A stretch of 64,000 nt of DNA, from NCBI RefSeq assembly GCF_988243305.1, contig NZ_OZ547136.1. The stretch is one strand, 5' to 3'. Positions 46,311 through 57,797 of this stretch are shown piece by piece. Each line of letters starts with the position of its first letter. The stretch's first letter is position 1. The translations under genes and the position numbers were made by a program. A model generated the notes under the pieces. It did not search any database. It saw nothing but the letters and a program-made list of their open reading frames with translations, and was not told where the DNA came from.

Positions 46311-46571
46311 ATGAAAAATCTCATTGCTGAGTTGTTATTTAAGCTTGCCCAAAAAGAAGAAGAGTCGAAAGAACTGTGCGCGCAGGTAGAAGCTTTGGAG
46401 ATTATCGTCACTGCAATGCTTCGCAATATGGCGCAAAATGACCAACAGAGGTTGATTGATCAGGTAGAGGGGGCGCTGTACGAGGTAAAGCCCGATGCCA
46501 GCATTCCTGACGACGATACGGAGCTGCTGCGCAATTATGTAAAGAAGTTATTGAAGCATCCTCGTCAGTAA
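46311..46571 (+). CDS. iraP: Anti-adaptor protein IraP
   Basis: 86-aa [25 protein letters not shown]... Confidence 0.9.
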   Translation: MKNLIAELLFKLAQKEEESKELCAQVEALEIIVTAMLRNMAQNDQQRLIDQVEGALYEVKPDASIPDDDTELLRNYVKKLLKHPRQ

Positions 46572-46591
46572 AAAGTTAATCTTTTCAACAG

Positions 46592-46609
46592 CTGTCATAA
46601 AGCTGTCAC
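46592..46609. promoter_or_regulatory. Pho box of the phoA promoter (CTGTCATAAAGCTGTCAC)
   Basis: Direct repeat of CTGTCA-type PhoB half sites about 60 bp upstream of the phoA start. Confidence 0.8.
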
Positions 46610-46671
46610 GGCCGAGACTTATAGTCGCTTTGTTTTTATTTTTTAATGTATTTGTACATGGAGAAAATAAA

Positions 46672-48087
46672 GTGAAACAAAGCACTATTGCACTGGCACT
46701 CTTACCGTTACTGTTTACCCCTGTGACAAAAGCCCGGACACCAGAAATGCCTGTTCTGGAAAACCGGGCTGCTCAGGGAGATATTACTGCACCCGGCGGT
46801 GCTCGCCGCTTAACGGGTGATCAGACCGCCGCTCTGCGTGATTCTCTTAGCGATAAACCCGTCAAAAATATTATTTTGCTGATTGGCGATGGGATGGGGG
46901 ACTCGGAAATTACTGCTGCACGCAATTATGCCGAAGGTGCGGGCGGCTTTTTTAAAGGTATCGATGCCTTACCGCTTACCGGGCAATACACTCACTATGC
47001 GCTGAATAAAAAAACCGGCAAACCGGACTACGTTACCGACTCGGCTGCATCAGCAACCGCCTGGTCAACTGGTGTCAAAACCTATAACGGTGCGCTGAGC
47101 GTCGATATTCACGAAAAAGATCACCCAACGATTCTGGAAATGGCAAAAGCCGCAGGTCTGGCGACCGGTAACGTTTCTACCGCAGAGTTGCAGGATGCCA
47201 CGCCCGCTGCGCTGGTGGCGCATGTGACCTCGCGCAAATGCTACGGTCCGAGCGCGACCAGTGAAAAATGTCCGGGTAATGCTCTGGAAAAAGGCGGGAG
47301 AGGATCGATTACCGAACAGCTGCTTAACGCTCGTGCCGATGTTACGCTTGGCGGCGGCGCAAAAACCTTTGCTGAAACGGCAACCGCCGGTGAATGGCAG
47401 GGAAAAACGCTGCGTGAACAGGCACAGGCGCGTGGTTATCAGTTGGTGAGCGATGCTGCCTCACTGAATGCGGTGACGGAAGCGAACCAGCAAAAACCCC
47501 TGCTAGGACTGTTTGCTGACGGCAATATGCCAGTGCGCTGGCAAGGACCGAAAGCAACGTACCACGGCAATATCGACAAGCCCGCAGTTACCTGTACGCC
47601 TAATCCGCAACGTAATGACAGCGTACCGACCCTGGCGCAGATGACCGACAAAGCCATTGAATTGTTGAGTAAAAATGAGAAAGGCTTTTTCCTGCAAGTT
47701 GAAGGTGCATCAATCGATAAACAGGATCACGCTGCGAATCCTTGTGGGCAAATTGGCGAGACGGTCGATCTCGACGAAGCCGTACAACGGGCGCTGGAAT
47801 TCGCTAAAAAGGATGGCAACACGCTGGTCATAGTCACCGCTGATCACGCCCACGCCAGCCAGATTGTCGCGCCGGACACCAAAGCGCCGGGCCTCACCCA
47901 GGCGCTAAATACCAAAGATGGCGCAGTGATGGTGATGAGTTACGGGAACTCCGAAGAGGATTCACAAGAACATACCGGCAGTCAGTTGCGTATTGCAGCG
48001 TATGGCCCACATGCCGCCAATGTCGTTGGACTGACCGACCAGACCGATCTCTTCTACACCATGAAAGCCGCCCTGGGGCTGAAATAA
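46672..48087 (+). CDS. phoA: Alkaline phosphatase
   Basis: ORF track 46630..48087; GTG start ([21 protein letters not shown] signal peptide) gives 471 aa. Confidence 0.97.
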   Translation: MKQSTIALALLPLLFTPVTKARTPEMPVLENRAAQGDITAPGGARRLTGDQTAALRDSLSDKPVKNIILLIGDGMGDSEITAARNYAEGAGGFFKGIDALPLTGQYTHYALNKKTGKPDYVTDSAASATAWSTGVKTYNGALSVDIHEKDHPTILEMAKAAGLATGNVSTAELQDATPAALVAHVTSRKCYGPSATSEKCPGNALEKGGRGSITEQLLNARADVTLGGGAKTFAETATAGEWQGKTLREQAQARGYQLVSDAASLNAVTEANQQKPLLGLFADGNMPVRWQGPKATYHGNIDKPAVTCTPNPQRNDSVPTLAQMTDKAIELLSKNEKGFFLQVEGASIDKQDHAANPCGQIGETVDLDEAVQRALEFAKKDGNTLVIVTADHAHASQIVAPDTKAPGLTQALNTKDGAVMVMSYGNSEEDSQEHTGSQLRIAAYGPHAANVVGLTDQTDLFYTMKAALGLK

Positions 48088-48205
48088 AACCGCGCCCGGC
48101 GGTGAATTTTCGCTGTCGGGTGGTTTTTTTGCTGTTAGCAACCAGACTTAATGGCAGATCACGGGCGCAAACGCTCATGGTTAAAACATGAAGAGGGATG
48201 GTGCT

Positions 48206-48526
48206 ATGAAAATAACATTACTGGTTACCTTGCTTTTCGGACTGGTTTTTTTAACCACCGTCGGCGCTGCCGAGAGAACCTTAACCCCGCAACAACAGCG
48301 TATGACCTCCTGTAATCAGCAGGCGACGGCGCAGGCGTTGAAAGGGGATGCTCGTAAGACCTACATGAGTGATTGCCTGAAGAACAGCAAGTCTGCGCCT
48401 GGTGAAAAAAGTTTGACGCCACAGCAGCAAAAGATGCGCGAATGTAATAATCAAGCAACGCAACAATCTCTGAAAGGTGATGATCGTAATAAGTTTATGA
48501 GCGCCTGCCTCAAGAAAGCCGCCTGA
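48206..48526 (+). CDS. psiF: Phosphate starvation-inducible protein PsiF
   Basis: ORF track 48188..48526; conserved start MKITLLVTLLFGLVFL gives 106 aa; internal duplicated LTPQQQ...CN.QAT...LKGD motif. Confidence 0.9.
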   Translation: MKITLLVTLLFGLVFLTTVGAAERTLTPQQQRMTSCNQQATAQALKGDARKTYMSDCLKNSKSAPGEKSLTPQQQKMRECNNQATQQSLKGDDRNKFMSACLKKAA

Positions 48527-48542
48527 TACCTGATAGTGCTAA

Positions 48543-48570
48543 CGGGTGAGCTACGAAAATGGCTCACCCG
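48543..48570. terminator. Hairpin after psiF (CGGGTGAGC-loop-GCTCACCCG)
   Basis: 9-bp inverted repeat followed by AAATTTCA. Confidence 0.45.
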
Positions 48571-48627
48571 AAATTTCATACTTCTGCCTTTAGCCCCGTC
48601 TCTATAATTTGGGAAAATTGTTTCTGA

Positions 48628-49743
48628 ATGTTCCCAAAAATAATGAATGATGAAAACTTTTTCAAAAAAGCGGCGGCGCATGGGGAGGAACCTCCTTTAA
48701 CTCCTCAAAACGAACATCAGCGATCCGGGCTGCGCTTCGCCCGTCGCGTCAGACTACCCCGCGCGGTTGGCCTGGCTGGCATGTTCTTACCGATTGCTTC
48801 AACGCTGGTTTCGCACCCGCCGCCGGGCTGGTGGTGGCTGGTGTTGGTCGGCTGGGCGTTCGTCTGGCCGCATTTAGCCTGGCAGATAGCGAGCAGGGCC
48901 GTCGATCCGCTTAGCCGGGAAATTTACAACTTAAAAACCGATGCAGTATTAGCGGGAATGTGGGTAGGTGTAATGGGCGTAAACGTGCTGCCTTCCACCG
49001 CGATGTTGATGATTATGTGTCTGAATTTGATGGGGGCAGGCGGCCCCCGTCTGTTTGTCGCGGGTCTGGTGTTGATGGTGGTTTCCTGCCTTGTCACCCT
49101 CGAACTGACGGGCATCACCGTGTCGTTCAATAGTGCGCCGCTGGAATGGTGGCTCTCCCTTCCCATTATCGTCATTTATCCTCTGCTGTTTGGCTGGGTC
49201 AGCTACCAGACGGCGACTAAACTGGCGGAACATAAACGCAGGTTGCAGGTCATGAGTACCCGCGACGGTATGACGGGCGTGTATAACCGACGTCATTGGG
49301 AAACTATGTTACGCAATGAATTTGATAACTGTCGGCGGCATAACCGCGATGCGACATTACTGATTATCGATATCGACCATTTCAAGAGCATCAACGATAC
49401 CTGGGGCCATGATGTGGGCGATGAAGCGATTGTGGCGCTTACCCGACAGTTACAAATAACCCTGCGCGGTAGCGATGTGATTGGTCGGTTTGGCGGCGAT
49501 GAGTTTGCGGTAATCATGTCCGGTACGCCAGCTGAGAGCGCCATTACCGCCATGTTACGGGTGCATGAAGGGCTAAATACATTACGTCTGCCGAATACGC
49601 CACAGGTAACTTTACGGATTAGTGTGGGGGTTGCGCCGCTGAACCCACAAATGAGTCACTATCGTGAGTGGTTGAAATCGGCAGATTTGGCGCTTTACAA
49701 AGCAAAGAAAGCCGGACGTAACCGCACCGAAGTGGCGGCCTGA
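48628..49743 (+). CDS. dgcC: Diguanylate cyclase (MASE2 membrane domain plus GGDEF)
   Basis: 371-aa ORF; GGDEF motif (RFGGDEFAVIM). Confidence 0.93.
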   Translation: MFPKIMNDENFFKKAAAHGEEPPLTPQNEHQRSGLRFARRVRLPRAVGLAGMFLPIASTLVSHPPPGWWWLVLVGWAFVWPHLAWQIASRAVDPLSREIYNLKTDAVLAGMWVGVMGVNVLPSTAMLMIMCLNLMGAGGPRLFVAGLVLMVVSCLVTLELTGITVSFNSAPLEWWLSLPIIVIYPLLFGWVSYQTATKLAEHKRRLQVMSTRDGMTGVYNRRHWETMLRNEFDNCRRHNRDATLLIIDIDHFKSINDTWGHDVGDEAIVALTRQLQITLRGSDVIGRFGGDEFAVIMSGTPAESAITAMLRVHEGLNTLRLPNTPQVTLRISVGVAPLNPQMSHYREWLKSADLALYKAKKAGRNRTEVAA

Positions 49744-49759
49744 CGTCCGGCAAAAGTCA

Positions 49760-50569
49760 TCAGGATTTACTGAGTTTTTCTGATTTTTCCATACACTTCG
49801 TCATCGCTTCGATCACTGCGGCACGGAAGCCTTTCTCTTCCAGTACGCGTACCGCCTCAATGGTGGTGCCTCCCGGTGAGCAGACCATATCTTTCAGTGC
49901 CCCCGGATGTTCTCCCGTTTCCAGCACCATTTTTGCGGAACCCATTACCGCCTGAGCGGCAAATTTATACGCCTGGGCGCGTGGCATCCCGCCCAGCACG
50001 GCGGCGTCGGCCATCGCTTCGATAAACATAAAGACGTAGGCTGGCGAAGAACCGCTCACACCGACCACCGGGTGGATCATCGGCTCAGCAATTACTTCCG
50101 CTTCGCCAAAGCAGCGGAAAATATTCAGCACATCAGCGGTATCTTCTGGGGTTACCAGCGCGTTTGGCGTTACGGAGGTCATCCCTGCATTAACCAGCGC
50201 GGGAGTGTTCGGCATGGCGCGGATAATTTTCCGGTCATGGCCCAGCGCACGGGCAAGCTGGTCGAGCGTGACACCTGCTGCAATAGAAACGACCAGAGAG
50301 TCTTTATTCAGGCTGGAGGTGATTTCGCTAAGCACTTTAATCATGATGCCTGGTTTAACGGCGGCAAAAATGATGTCGGCGATTTGCGCCACTTCTTGCG
50401 CCGATTCTGCGGCGTTGATGCCGAACTGGTCATGCAGGGCGGCGACTTTATCCGGGGAGGGGGTATATACCCAGATTTGCCCTGGAAGCACCTGACCGCT
50501 GGCAATCAGACCGCCGAGAATGGCTTTTCCCATATTGCCGCAGCCAATAAAACCGATTTTCTTTTCCAT
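49760..50569 (-). CDS. proC: Pyrroline-5-carboxylate reductase
   Basis: ORF track 49760..50677; conserved start [14 protein letters not shown] gives 269 aa. Confidence 0.95.
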   Translation of the reverse strand: MEKKIGFIGCGNMGKAILGGLIASGQVLPGQIWVYTPSPDKVAALHDQFGINAAESAQEVAQIADIIFAAVKPGIMIKVLSEITSSLNKDSLVVSIAAGVTLDQLARALGHDRKIIRAMPNTPALVNAGMTSVTPNALVTPEDTADVLNIFRCFGEAEVIAEPMIHPVVGVSGSSPAYVFMFIEAMADAAVLGGMPRAQAYKFAAQAVMGSAKMVLETGEHPGALKDMVCSPGGTTIEAVRVLEEKGFRAAVIEAMTKCMEKSEKLSKS

Positions 50570-50688
50570 TGCCTCACTCCTGCCGTGAAATTCATTGTTT
50601 TGATAATCGCTGGCAGAAGCATAAACAGAACTATGCCGGAAGGCAAAAGCGCGACACAATAGAGGATTACCCAACAAAGGATGACTTT

Positions 50689-51147
50689 ATGACAATTTGG
50701 GTGGATGCCGACGCGTGTCCCAATGTAATTAAAGAGATTTTGTATCGCGCGGCGGAACGTATGCAGATGCCGCTGGTACTGGTAGCAAATCAGAGTTTAC
50801 GCGTGCCGCCATCGCGATTTATTCGTACGCTGCGCGTCGCGGCAGGTTTCGACGTTGCCGATAACGAAATTGTCCGGCAGTGTGAAGCGGGCGATTTGGT
50901 GATCACCGCAGATATACCTTTGGCTGCTGAAGCCATCGAGAAAGGCGCTGCGGTGCTTAATCCGCGCGGCGAACGTTACACGCCAGCGACCATTCGTGAG
51001 CGCCTGACGATGCGCGATTTTATGGATACCTTACGCGCCAGTGGGATCCAGACCGGTGGACCAGATAGCCTTTCACAACGTGACCGCCAGGCCTTTGCCG
51101 CGGAGCTGGAGAAGTGGTGGCTGGAAGTGCAACGTAGTCGTGGCTAA
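50689..51147 (+). CDS. yaiI: UPF0178 family protein YaiI
   Basis: ORF track 50569..51147; conserved start [12 protein letters not shown] gives 152 aa. Confidence 0.88.
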   Translation: MTIWVDADACPNVIKEILYRAAERMQMPLVLVANQSLRVPPSRFIRTLRVAAGFDVADNEIVRQCEAGDLVITADIPLAAEAIEKGAAVLNPRGERYTPATIRERLTMRDFMDTLRASGIQTGGPDSLSQRDRQAFAAELEKWWLEVQRSRG

Positions 51148-51329
51148 ATGTAATTTATTATTTACACTTCATTCTTGAATATTTATTGGTATAGTAAGGG
51201 GTGTATTGAGATTTTCACTTTAAGTGGAATTTTTTCTTTACAATCGAAATTGTACTAGTTTGATGGTATGATCGCTATTCTCATGATACCGGCTTTCGCC
51301 GCATTGCGACCTATTGGGGAAAACCCACG

Positions 51330-51854
51330 ATGACACAACCTCTTTTTCTGATCGGGCCTCGGGGCTGTGGTAAAACAACGGTCGGAATGGCCCTTGCCGA
51401 TTCGCTTAACCGTCGGTTTGTTGATACCGATCAGTGGTTGCAATCACAGCTCAAGATGACGGTCGCGGAGATCGTCGAAAGGGAAGAGTGGGCGGGATTC
51501 CGCGCCAGAGAAACGGCGGCGCTGGAAGCGGTAACTGCGCCATCCACCGTTATCGCCACGGGCGGCGGCATTATTCTGACGGAATTTAATCGTCACTTTA
51601 TGCAAAATAACGGGATCGTGGTTTATTTGTGTGCGCCAGTATCAGTCCTGGTTAACCGACTGCAAGCTGCACCGGAAGAAGATTTACGGCCAACCTTAAC
51701 GGGGAAACCGCTGAGCGAAGAAGTTCAGGAAGTGCTGGAAGAACGCGATGCGCTATATCGCGAAGTTGCGCATATTATCATCGACGCAACAAACGAACCC
51801 AGCCAGGTGATTTCTGAAATTCGCAGTGCCCTGGCACAGACGATCAATTGTTGA
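51330..51854 (+). CDS. aroL: Shikimate kinase II
   Basis: 174-aa ORF; Walker [10 protein letters not shown]. Confidence 0.95.
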   Translation: MTQPLFLIGPRGCGKTTVGMALADSLNRRFVDTDQWLQSQLKMTVAEIVEREEWAGFRARETAALEAVTAPSTVIATGGGIILTEFNRHFMQNNGIVVYLCAPVSVLVNRLQAAPEEDLRPTLTGKPLSEEVQEVLEERDALYREVAHIIIDATNEPSQVISEIRSALAQTINC

Positions 51855-51894
51855 TTTTCGAGCGCCTATACTTAACGTTCATCCCGTGAAATAA

Positions 51895-52095
<201 letters not shown>

Positions 52096-52352
52096 CCGCA
52101 TCAGACTGCTCGGAAGGGATTCTGAGTGCCACCACAAGGGATCTGCGTCACATTTTTCACAATTCATGTTTTTCAAATAATTAGAATATTAAACAATAAC
52201 AATCCATTACTGGAATCATTTGGAATCTTTACATTATGCCGTGCAGGTCTGCTGCTACGCTTTTTGTCATTTGTAGCACAGGTAAGTGTCAGCAGTGGTG
52301 CTTAGCGCTTGCCCGGTAATTAACGACGAAATAAAAGTAAGGTGGAAGAACA

Positions 52353-53030
52353 ATGAGTGCGTCGTTGGCGATCCTGACCATCGGCATTGTACCTATGCAG
52401 GAAGTTTTGCCGCTCCTGACAGAATACATTGACGAAGATAATATTTCCCATCATAGCCTGCTGGGGAAGTTAAGCCGCGAAGAAGTGATGGCGGAGTACG
52501 CGCCAGAAGCAGGCGAAGACACAATTCTCACATTATTAAATGACAACCAGCTGGCCCATGTTTCGCGTCGTAAAGTGGAACGAGACCTGCAAGGTGTGGT
52601 TGAAGTGCTCGATAATCAGGGTTATGACGTCATTTTATTAATGAGTACAGCAAACATTAGTAGTATGACTGCGCGTAATACGATCTTTCTTGAGCCGTCG
52701 CGGATATTGCCACCGCTGGTTTCCTCTATTGTTGAAGATCATCAGGTGGGGGTTATCGTACCGGTTGAGGAGTTGCTGACCGTTCAGGCGCAAAAATGGC
52801 AAATTTTGCAGAAACCGCCAGTATTTTCATTGGGTAACCCCATTCATGATTCAGAACAAAAAATCATTGATGCCGGGAAAGAATTACTGGCAAAAGGGGC
52901 TGATGTCATCATGCTGGATTGTTTGGGATTTAACCAGCGTCATCGCGATTTACTGCAAAAACAGCTCGATGTTCCTGTCTTGCTCTCTAACGTATTGATT
53001 GCACGGCTGGCTGCGGAATTACTGGTGTAA
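52353..53030 (+). CDS. aroM: Protein AroM
   Basis: 225-aa ORF. Confidence 0.9.
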   Translation: MSASLAILTIGIVPMQEVLPLLTEYIDEDNISHHSLLGKLSREEVMAEYAPEAGEDTILTLLNDNQLAHVSRRKVERDLQGVVEVLDNQGYDVILLMSTANISSMTARNTIFLEPSRILPPLVSSIVEDHQVGVIVPVEELLTVQAQKWQILQKPPVFSLGNPIHDSEQKIIDAGKELLAKGADVIMLDCLGFNQRHRDLLQKQLDVPVLLSNVLIARLAAELLV

Positions 53031-53101
53031 TTTTGCGTGACAGCCAGCGCCTCTGGCCCCTATAGTGAAGTAGATGTTCAACTACCAGACAGGGCCAGTT
53101 T

Positions 53102-53386
53102 ATGCTTCAAAGTAATGAGTACTTTTCCGGCAAAGTGAAATCGATCGGCTTTTCCAGCAGCAGCACTGGTCGCGCCAGCGTGGGTGTTATGGTTGAAGGC
53201 GAATACACCTTCAGCACCGCTGAGCCGGAAGAGATGACGGTAATCAGTGGTGCGCTGAATGTGTTACTGCCTGACGCGACCGACTGGCAAGTGTATGAAG
53301 CCGGTTCGGTGTTTAATGTTCCCGGTCACAGCGAGTTTCATCTGCAAGTTGCCGAACCCACCTCTTATCTGTGCCGCTATTTGTAA
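53102..53386 (+). CDS. ppnP: Pyrimidine/purine nucleoside phosphorylase (cupin family)
   Basis: 94-aa [20 protein letters not shown]... Confidence 0.9.
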
Positions 53387-53593
53387 TTCCTCGCCTTCCC
53401 CATGAACGGGAGGGCATTTTTCTGAAATGTCCTCTCATAAACCCATAATAATATTTCCTTTGCTGCGATTTTTTCGATTTCCGATATATTCATAATTCAT
53501 CAAGGTTGATATAAATATCAGTGAAGATCTCCAGATATTGTTGCGGAACTGGCGACGATAAAAGATAAATCAGATGATGAATGGTGGCGTGCA

Positions 53594-53872
53594 TTGCTGC
53601 AAAGTCGCAATGATCATTTGCGCCAAACGGCATTGCGCAATGCACATACCCCGGCGTCGTTGTTAACGACATTGACTGAGCCTCAGGATCGGGCGTTGGT
53701 TATTAATAATCCACAGTTGGCTGCCGATGTGAAAACGATGTGGTTAAAAGAGGATCCATCATTACTCTTATTTGTCGATCAACCCGATCTTTCGCTGTTA
53801 CGTGATTTAGTGAAAACAGGGGCAACGCGGAAAATTCGCAGTGAAGCGCGTCACCGGCTTGAGGAAAAATAA
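53594..53872 (+). CDS. Hypothetical 92-aa protein (ykiA locus); start codon uncertain (TTG in ORF track)
   Basis: ORF track only; no ATG or GTG start in frame; stop overlaps the next ORF start (TAATG). Confidence 0.4.
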   Translation: MLQSRNDHLRQTALRNAHTPASLLTTLTEPQDRALVINNPQLAADVKTMWLKEDPSLLLFVDQPDLSLLRDLVKTGATRKIRSEARHRLEEK

Positions 53873-54327
53873 TGACACAACGCCCATGGAGCAAGTTACA
53901 ACGGGAGATCTATGACATACTGACGCCAACGATCAACCTGCAAATTCACTGTACCCGTTATCCCATGCGCAGCCAAAATGGTGGAAGCACCGATTTACCT
54001 CGTTATTGGAGCACGTTGGATAAAAACGTGATCTGGGATTACCCGAAAGACTTTATTGCAGGTAACGGTGGAGTGCGTAATTTTCACGGTGAAACTTGCT
54101 GGTATCCATACCTGACGGATATTTGTTCAATTTCAGATTTATTGCGTGAATATATTGATACCCCAAAAGCGGAGCTGTTAACAAAACAATTTACCAGCGA
54201 TAAATGGGGGTTAGTGAATATTCTGCGTGCTGCTGACAGGCGAATAGGGATGAGACGATTAGATCAGTTACGGCGTAAAACGCATAATATTGCTGCGCTA
54301 AAAATTATTGCCCGCCGTAGCGAATAA
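53872..54327 (+). CDS. Hypothetical 151-aa protein
   Basis: ORF track; ATG start overlapping the upstream stop by 1 nt; no domain recognised. Confidence 0.5.
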   Translation: MTQRPWSKLQREIYDILTPTINLQIHCTRYPMRSQNGGSTDLPRYWSTLDKNVIWDYPKDFIAGNGGVRNFHGETCWYPYLTDICSISDLLREYIDTPKAELLTKQFTSDKWGLVNILRAADRRIGMRRLDQLRRKTHNIAALKIIARRSE

Positions 54328-54352
54328 TTATATGCCTGGTGTAGCTTCGTAC

Positions 54353-54385
54353 GCCGGATAAGACGCGGCAGGCGTCGCATCCGGC
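54353..54385. repeat. REP element between the hypothetical ORF and rdgC
   Basis: GCCGGATAAGACGCGGCAGGCGTCGCATCCGGC. Confidence 0.6.
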
Positions 54386-54404
54386 ATTAAAGGTAAATCA
54401 GCAA

Positions 54405-55316
54405 TTAACGTTGTGCTTCGCCACCTAATCCTTCAATCAGGTTTTGAATTAACGCTGCCAGTTCACCAGTCATCAGGATGAAATCGGCATCAAAGCGCTG
54501 GGCGAAATCTTCACGGTCGATATCTTCGTTTTGATCGCGCAGCTCGTCGCAGAACTTCAGACGCTTGAGCGAACCATCGTCGCACATCACAAACTGAATG
54601 CGCTGCTGCCAGTCGAGCGCCAGTTTAGTCACCACTTTTCCGGCTTCGATGTGATTGGTGATCTCTTCGCTGGTCAGATCTTGTTTCTTCGCGCGGATCA
54701 CTCCACCATCTTCCAGCAGCGATTTCAGCTCGGCTTCATCAAGCAGCTGGAAGCCCTGTGCCGCGCTGCCGGAGCGAACCCATTCGGTCAGCGTCAGTTC
54801 AATCGGGTTTTCCATGCTCAATGGTACAACCGGTAACGACCCCAGGCTTTTACGCAGCAGTGCCAGCGTATCTTCCGCTTTTTTGGCACTGGCGCAGTCC
54901 ACCATAATCAAACCGTTAACCGTGTCGATCCACATCATTGTCTGGCTAAAACGGCTGAAAGCACGCGGTAGCAGAGAGTGCAGCACTTCGTCTTTCAGCG
55001 AATCTTTTTCGGTTTTCTTCAGCTTACGCGCCTGTTCCGCTTCCAGTTTGGCGATTTTCGCTTCCAGCGCCTGTTTAATCACCGGAGACGGGAGGATTTT
55101 TTCTTCTTTGCGCGCGCAGATAACAATTTGACCATTGGCAACGTGCGTTAACGCATCACTGTGAGATCCCATCGGAGGAACCCAGCCCATCTTCGCCATG
55201 TCCTGGCTGCCGCATGGGGTAAATGCCATTGAGGCTAGCTGTTTTTCCATCTCTTCTGCACGCAGCGAAATCTCGCGGCTAAGACGGTAAACCATTAAAT
55301 TTTTGAACCACAGCAT
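54405..55316 (-). CDS. rdgC: Recombination-associated protein RdgC
   Basis: ORF track 54405..55388; conserved start [12 protein letters not shown] gives 303 aa. Confidence 0.95.
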
Positions 55317-55440
55317 GATAATTTCCACGGCCTTGTCGTTAAATTTAGCGGGCATGATAACGAATTGTCGGCGGGCTTGCATTGCCAATCCGGTTGTCCG
55401 TCTCTACGCTATTGATATTGAAAAAAATAAGGAGAGTACC

Positions 55441-56349
55441 GTGCGTATAGGTATCGATTTAGGCGGCACCAAAACTGAAGTGATTGCACTGGGCGATGCA
55501 GGGGAGCAGTTGTACCGCCATCGTCTGCCCACGCCGCGTGATGATTACCGCCAGACCATTGAAACGATCGCCACGCTGGTTGATATGGCGGAGCAGGCGA
55601 CAGGGCAGCGCGGAACAGTGGGGATGGGCATTCCTGGCTCAATTTCGCCTTACACCGGCGTGGTGAAGAATGCCAATTCAACCTGGCTCAACGGTCAGCC
55701 ATTCGATAAAGACTTAAGCGCGCGGTTGCAGCGGGAAGTGCGGCTGGCAAATGACGCCAACTGTCTGGCGGTTTCAGAAGCGGTAGATGGCGCGGCAGCG
55801 GGAGCGCAGACGGTATTTGCCGTGATTATCGGCACGGGATGCGGCGCGGGCGTGGCATTCAATGGGCGGGCGCATATCGGCGGCAATGGCACGGCAGGTG
55901 AGTGGGGACACAATCCGCTACCGTGGATGGACGAAGACGAACTGCGTTATCGCGAGGAAGTCCCTTGTTATTGCGGTAAACAAGGTTGTATTGAAACCTT
56001 TATTTCGGGCACGGGATTCGCGACGGATTATCGTCGTTTGAGCGGACATGCGCTGAAAGGCAGTGAAATTATCCGCCTGGTTGAAGAAAGCGATCCGGTA
56101 GCGGAACTGGCATTGCGTCGCTACGAGCTGCGGCTGGCAAAATCGCTGGCACATGTCGTGAATATTCTCGATCCGGATGTGATTGTGCTGGGGGGCGGGA
56201 TGAGCAATGTAGACCGTTTATATCAAACGGTTCCGCAGTTGATTAAACAATTTGTCTTCGGCGGCGAATGTGAAACGCCGGTACGTAAGGCGAAGCACGG
56301 TGATTCCAGCGGCGTACGCGGCGCTGCGTGGTTATGGCCACAAGAGTAA
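55441..56349 (+). CDS. mak: Fructokinase/manno(fructo)kinase (ROK family)
   Basis: ORF track 55303..56349; GTG start at 55441 ([13 protein letters not shown]) gives 302 aa. Confidence 0.92.
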   Translation: MRIGIDLGGTKTEVIALGDAGEQLYRHRLPTPRDDYRQTIETIATLVDMAEQATGQRGTVGMGIPGSISPYTGVVKNANSTWLNGQPFDKDLSARLQREVRLANDANCLAVSEAVDGAAAGAQTVFAVIIGTGCGAGVAFNGRAHIGGNGTAGEWGHNPLPWMDEDELRYREEVPCYCGKQGCIETFISGTGFATDYRRLSGHALKGSEIIRLVEESDPVAELALRRYELRLAKSLAHVVNILDPDVIVLGGGMSNVDRLYQTVPQLIKQFVFGGECETPVRKAKHGDSSGVRGAAWLWPQE

Positions 56350-56374
56350 AAAAACCAGGCAATTGGTGCATCAT

Positions 56375-56411
56375 GCCTGATGCGACGCTTGCCGCGTCTT
56401 ATCAGGCCTAC
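56375..56411. repeat. REP element ending with ATCAGGCCTAC
   Basis: GCCTGATGCGACGCTTGCCGCGTCTTATCAGGCCTAC. Confidence 0.65.
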
Positions 56412-56425
56412 AAAATGAGCAGCCC

Positions 56426-56460
56426 GTAGGCCGGATAAGGCGTTCACGCCGCATCCGGCA
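56426..56460. repeat. REP element (inverted partner)
   Basis: GTAGGCCGGATAAGGCGTTCACGCCGCATCCGGCA. Confidence 0.65.
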
Positions 56461-56487
56461 ATAAGCAACGCGCACCGTGACAGTAAT

Positions 56488-57672
56488 CTACCCCAGTGGT
56501 TTCGCCAGCACCGGACTATCCGCCGCTTGCTGGCGCTTATAGCGACCATACAGCAGCAACGATGACATCGCAGCAAACGAAAGCAGGGCGGCAGGCAGCG
56601 CCACGTAATTATATGCCAGCCCCAGCGTCAGCATCATACCTCCGCAATATGCGCCGACGGCGCTACCGAGGTTAAACGCTATTTGCCCACCTGCGGCACC
56701 TAATAACTCTCCGCCTTTGGCATTTTGCAGTAACAATATTTGCAGAGGTGCTGAAAGGGCAAATAATCCCGCGCAACAAATAAAAGCAAAAATAAGCGAC
56801 GTTGTTTTCATGCCGCCGCAGAAAAAGAGCATCAGCAGTGCCAGCACAATAATAAAGTCAGTTACTGCCGCAATGCGCAGTGGTGAATAACGTCCTGAAA
56901 TCCGGCCACTTAGCACATTCCCCAGCACCATCCCTAGCCCAACTAACATCATAATAAAAGTCATCGCCGTTTCCGAAAAACCGGAAATAAACATCATGTA
57001 TGGCTTTACGTAGCTGAACCAGGCAAACACACCTGCGTTGCCAAACATGGTGGCGGCGAAAATTAACCACGGGGCCGGGCTGCGCAAAAAGTGAAATTGT
57101 TCGCGTAGCTTCCCTTTCGCCTCGTCGCGAATATCCGGCACCCAAAAATAGACCGATGCCATCACCGCAATATTAAAAACAGCGATCAATAAAAAGGTGT
57201 AACGCCAGCTAAATTCCTGACTTAAATACGTTCCCAGCGGAATGCCCAGCAAATTGGCGACTGTCATCCCGGAAACCATCCCCGCCACGGCGGCGGTGAC
57301 TTTGCCGGGTTTGATAATTTTTGATAACACGATCGCGCCGACGCCAAAAAATGCGCCATGCGGAAAGCCGGATACCAGTCGACCAATGGCGAGCATCAGG
57401 TAAGACGAAGAGAGCGTGAACATGGCGTTGCCAATGACGCACAACGCCACCAGAAACAATAAGATATGTTTGAGTGAGTAGCGGCTGGAAAAGAGTGCGA
57501 TGATTGGCGCACCGACCACCACCCCCAGCGCATAATACGAGATCATATGCCCGGCAGCAGGAATCGAAATTCCTACGTTATGCGCCAGCTCCGTGAGCAC
57601 GCCCATAATGCCAAATTCGGCCATCCCCAAACCAAACGTGCCCAGAGCCAAAGATAAAATGACTTTTTTCAT
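56488..57672 (-). CDS. araJ: MFS transporter AraJ
   Basis: ORF track 56488..57756; conserved start MKKVILSLALGTFGLG gives 394 aa. Confidence 0.92.
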   Translation of the reverse strand: MKKVILSLALGTFGLGMAEFGIMGVLTELAHNVGISIPAAGHMISYYALGVVVGAPIIALFSSRYSLKHILLFLVALCVIGNAMFTLSSSYLMLAIGRLVSGFPHGAFFGVGAIVLSKIIKPGKVTAAVAGMVSGMTVANLLGIPLGTYLSQEFSWRYTFLLIAVFNIAVMASVYFWVPDIRDEAKGKLREQFHFLRSPAPWLIFAATMFGNAGVFAWFSYVKPYMMFISGFSETAMTFIMMLVGLGMVLGNVLSGRISGRYSPLRIAAVTDFIIVLALLMLFFCGGMKTTSLIFAFICCAGLFALSAPLQILLLQNAKGGELLGAAGGQIAFNLGSAVGAYCGGMMLTLGLAYNYVALPAALLSFAAMSSLLLYGRYKRQQAADSPVLAKPLG

Positions 57673-57797
57673 ACCACCATCACAACCACCAGAACGGCTA
57701 CCAATCACCGTAGCCAATAAAGTGATAGCTTGCAGGATAACGACCAGCAAGGCCAAGAGATAATTCGCCCCTCTGTATTCATTATCCTGCTGAATAG

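Noticed and set aside
48088-48132. Intrinsic terminator immediately after phoA
   Set aside because: A T-run is present (GGTGGTTTTTTTGC), but I could not define a clean stem by eye, so it is not listed as a feature; an RNA fold would settle it.
53490-53894. Minus-strand 60-63-aa ORFs in the ppnP-rdgC gap (53490..53672, 53703..53894)
   Set aside because: They overlap the plus-strand ORF pair and lack start context; the plus-strand pair, with its overlapping stop and start, is the more plausible coding arrangement.
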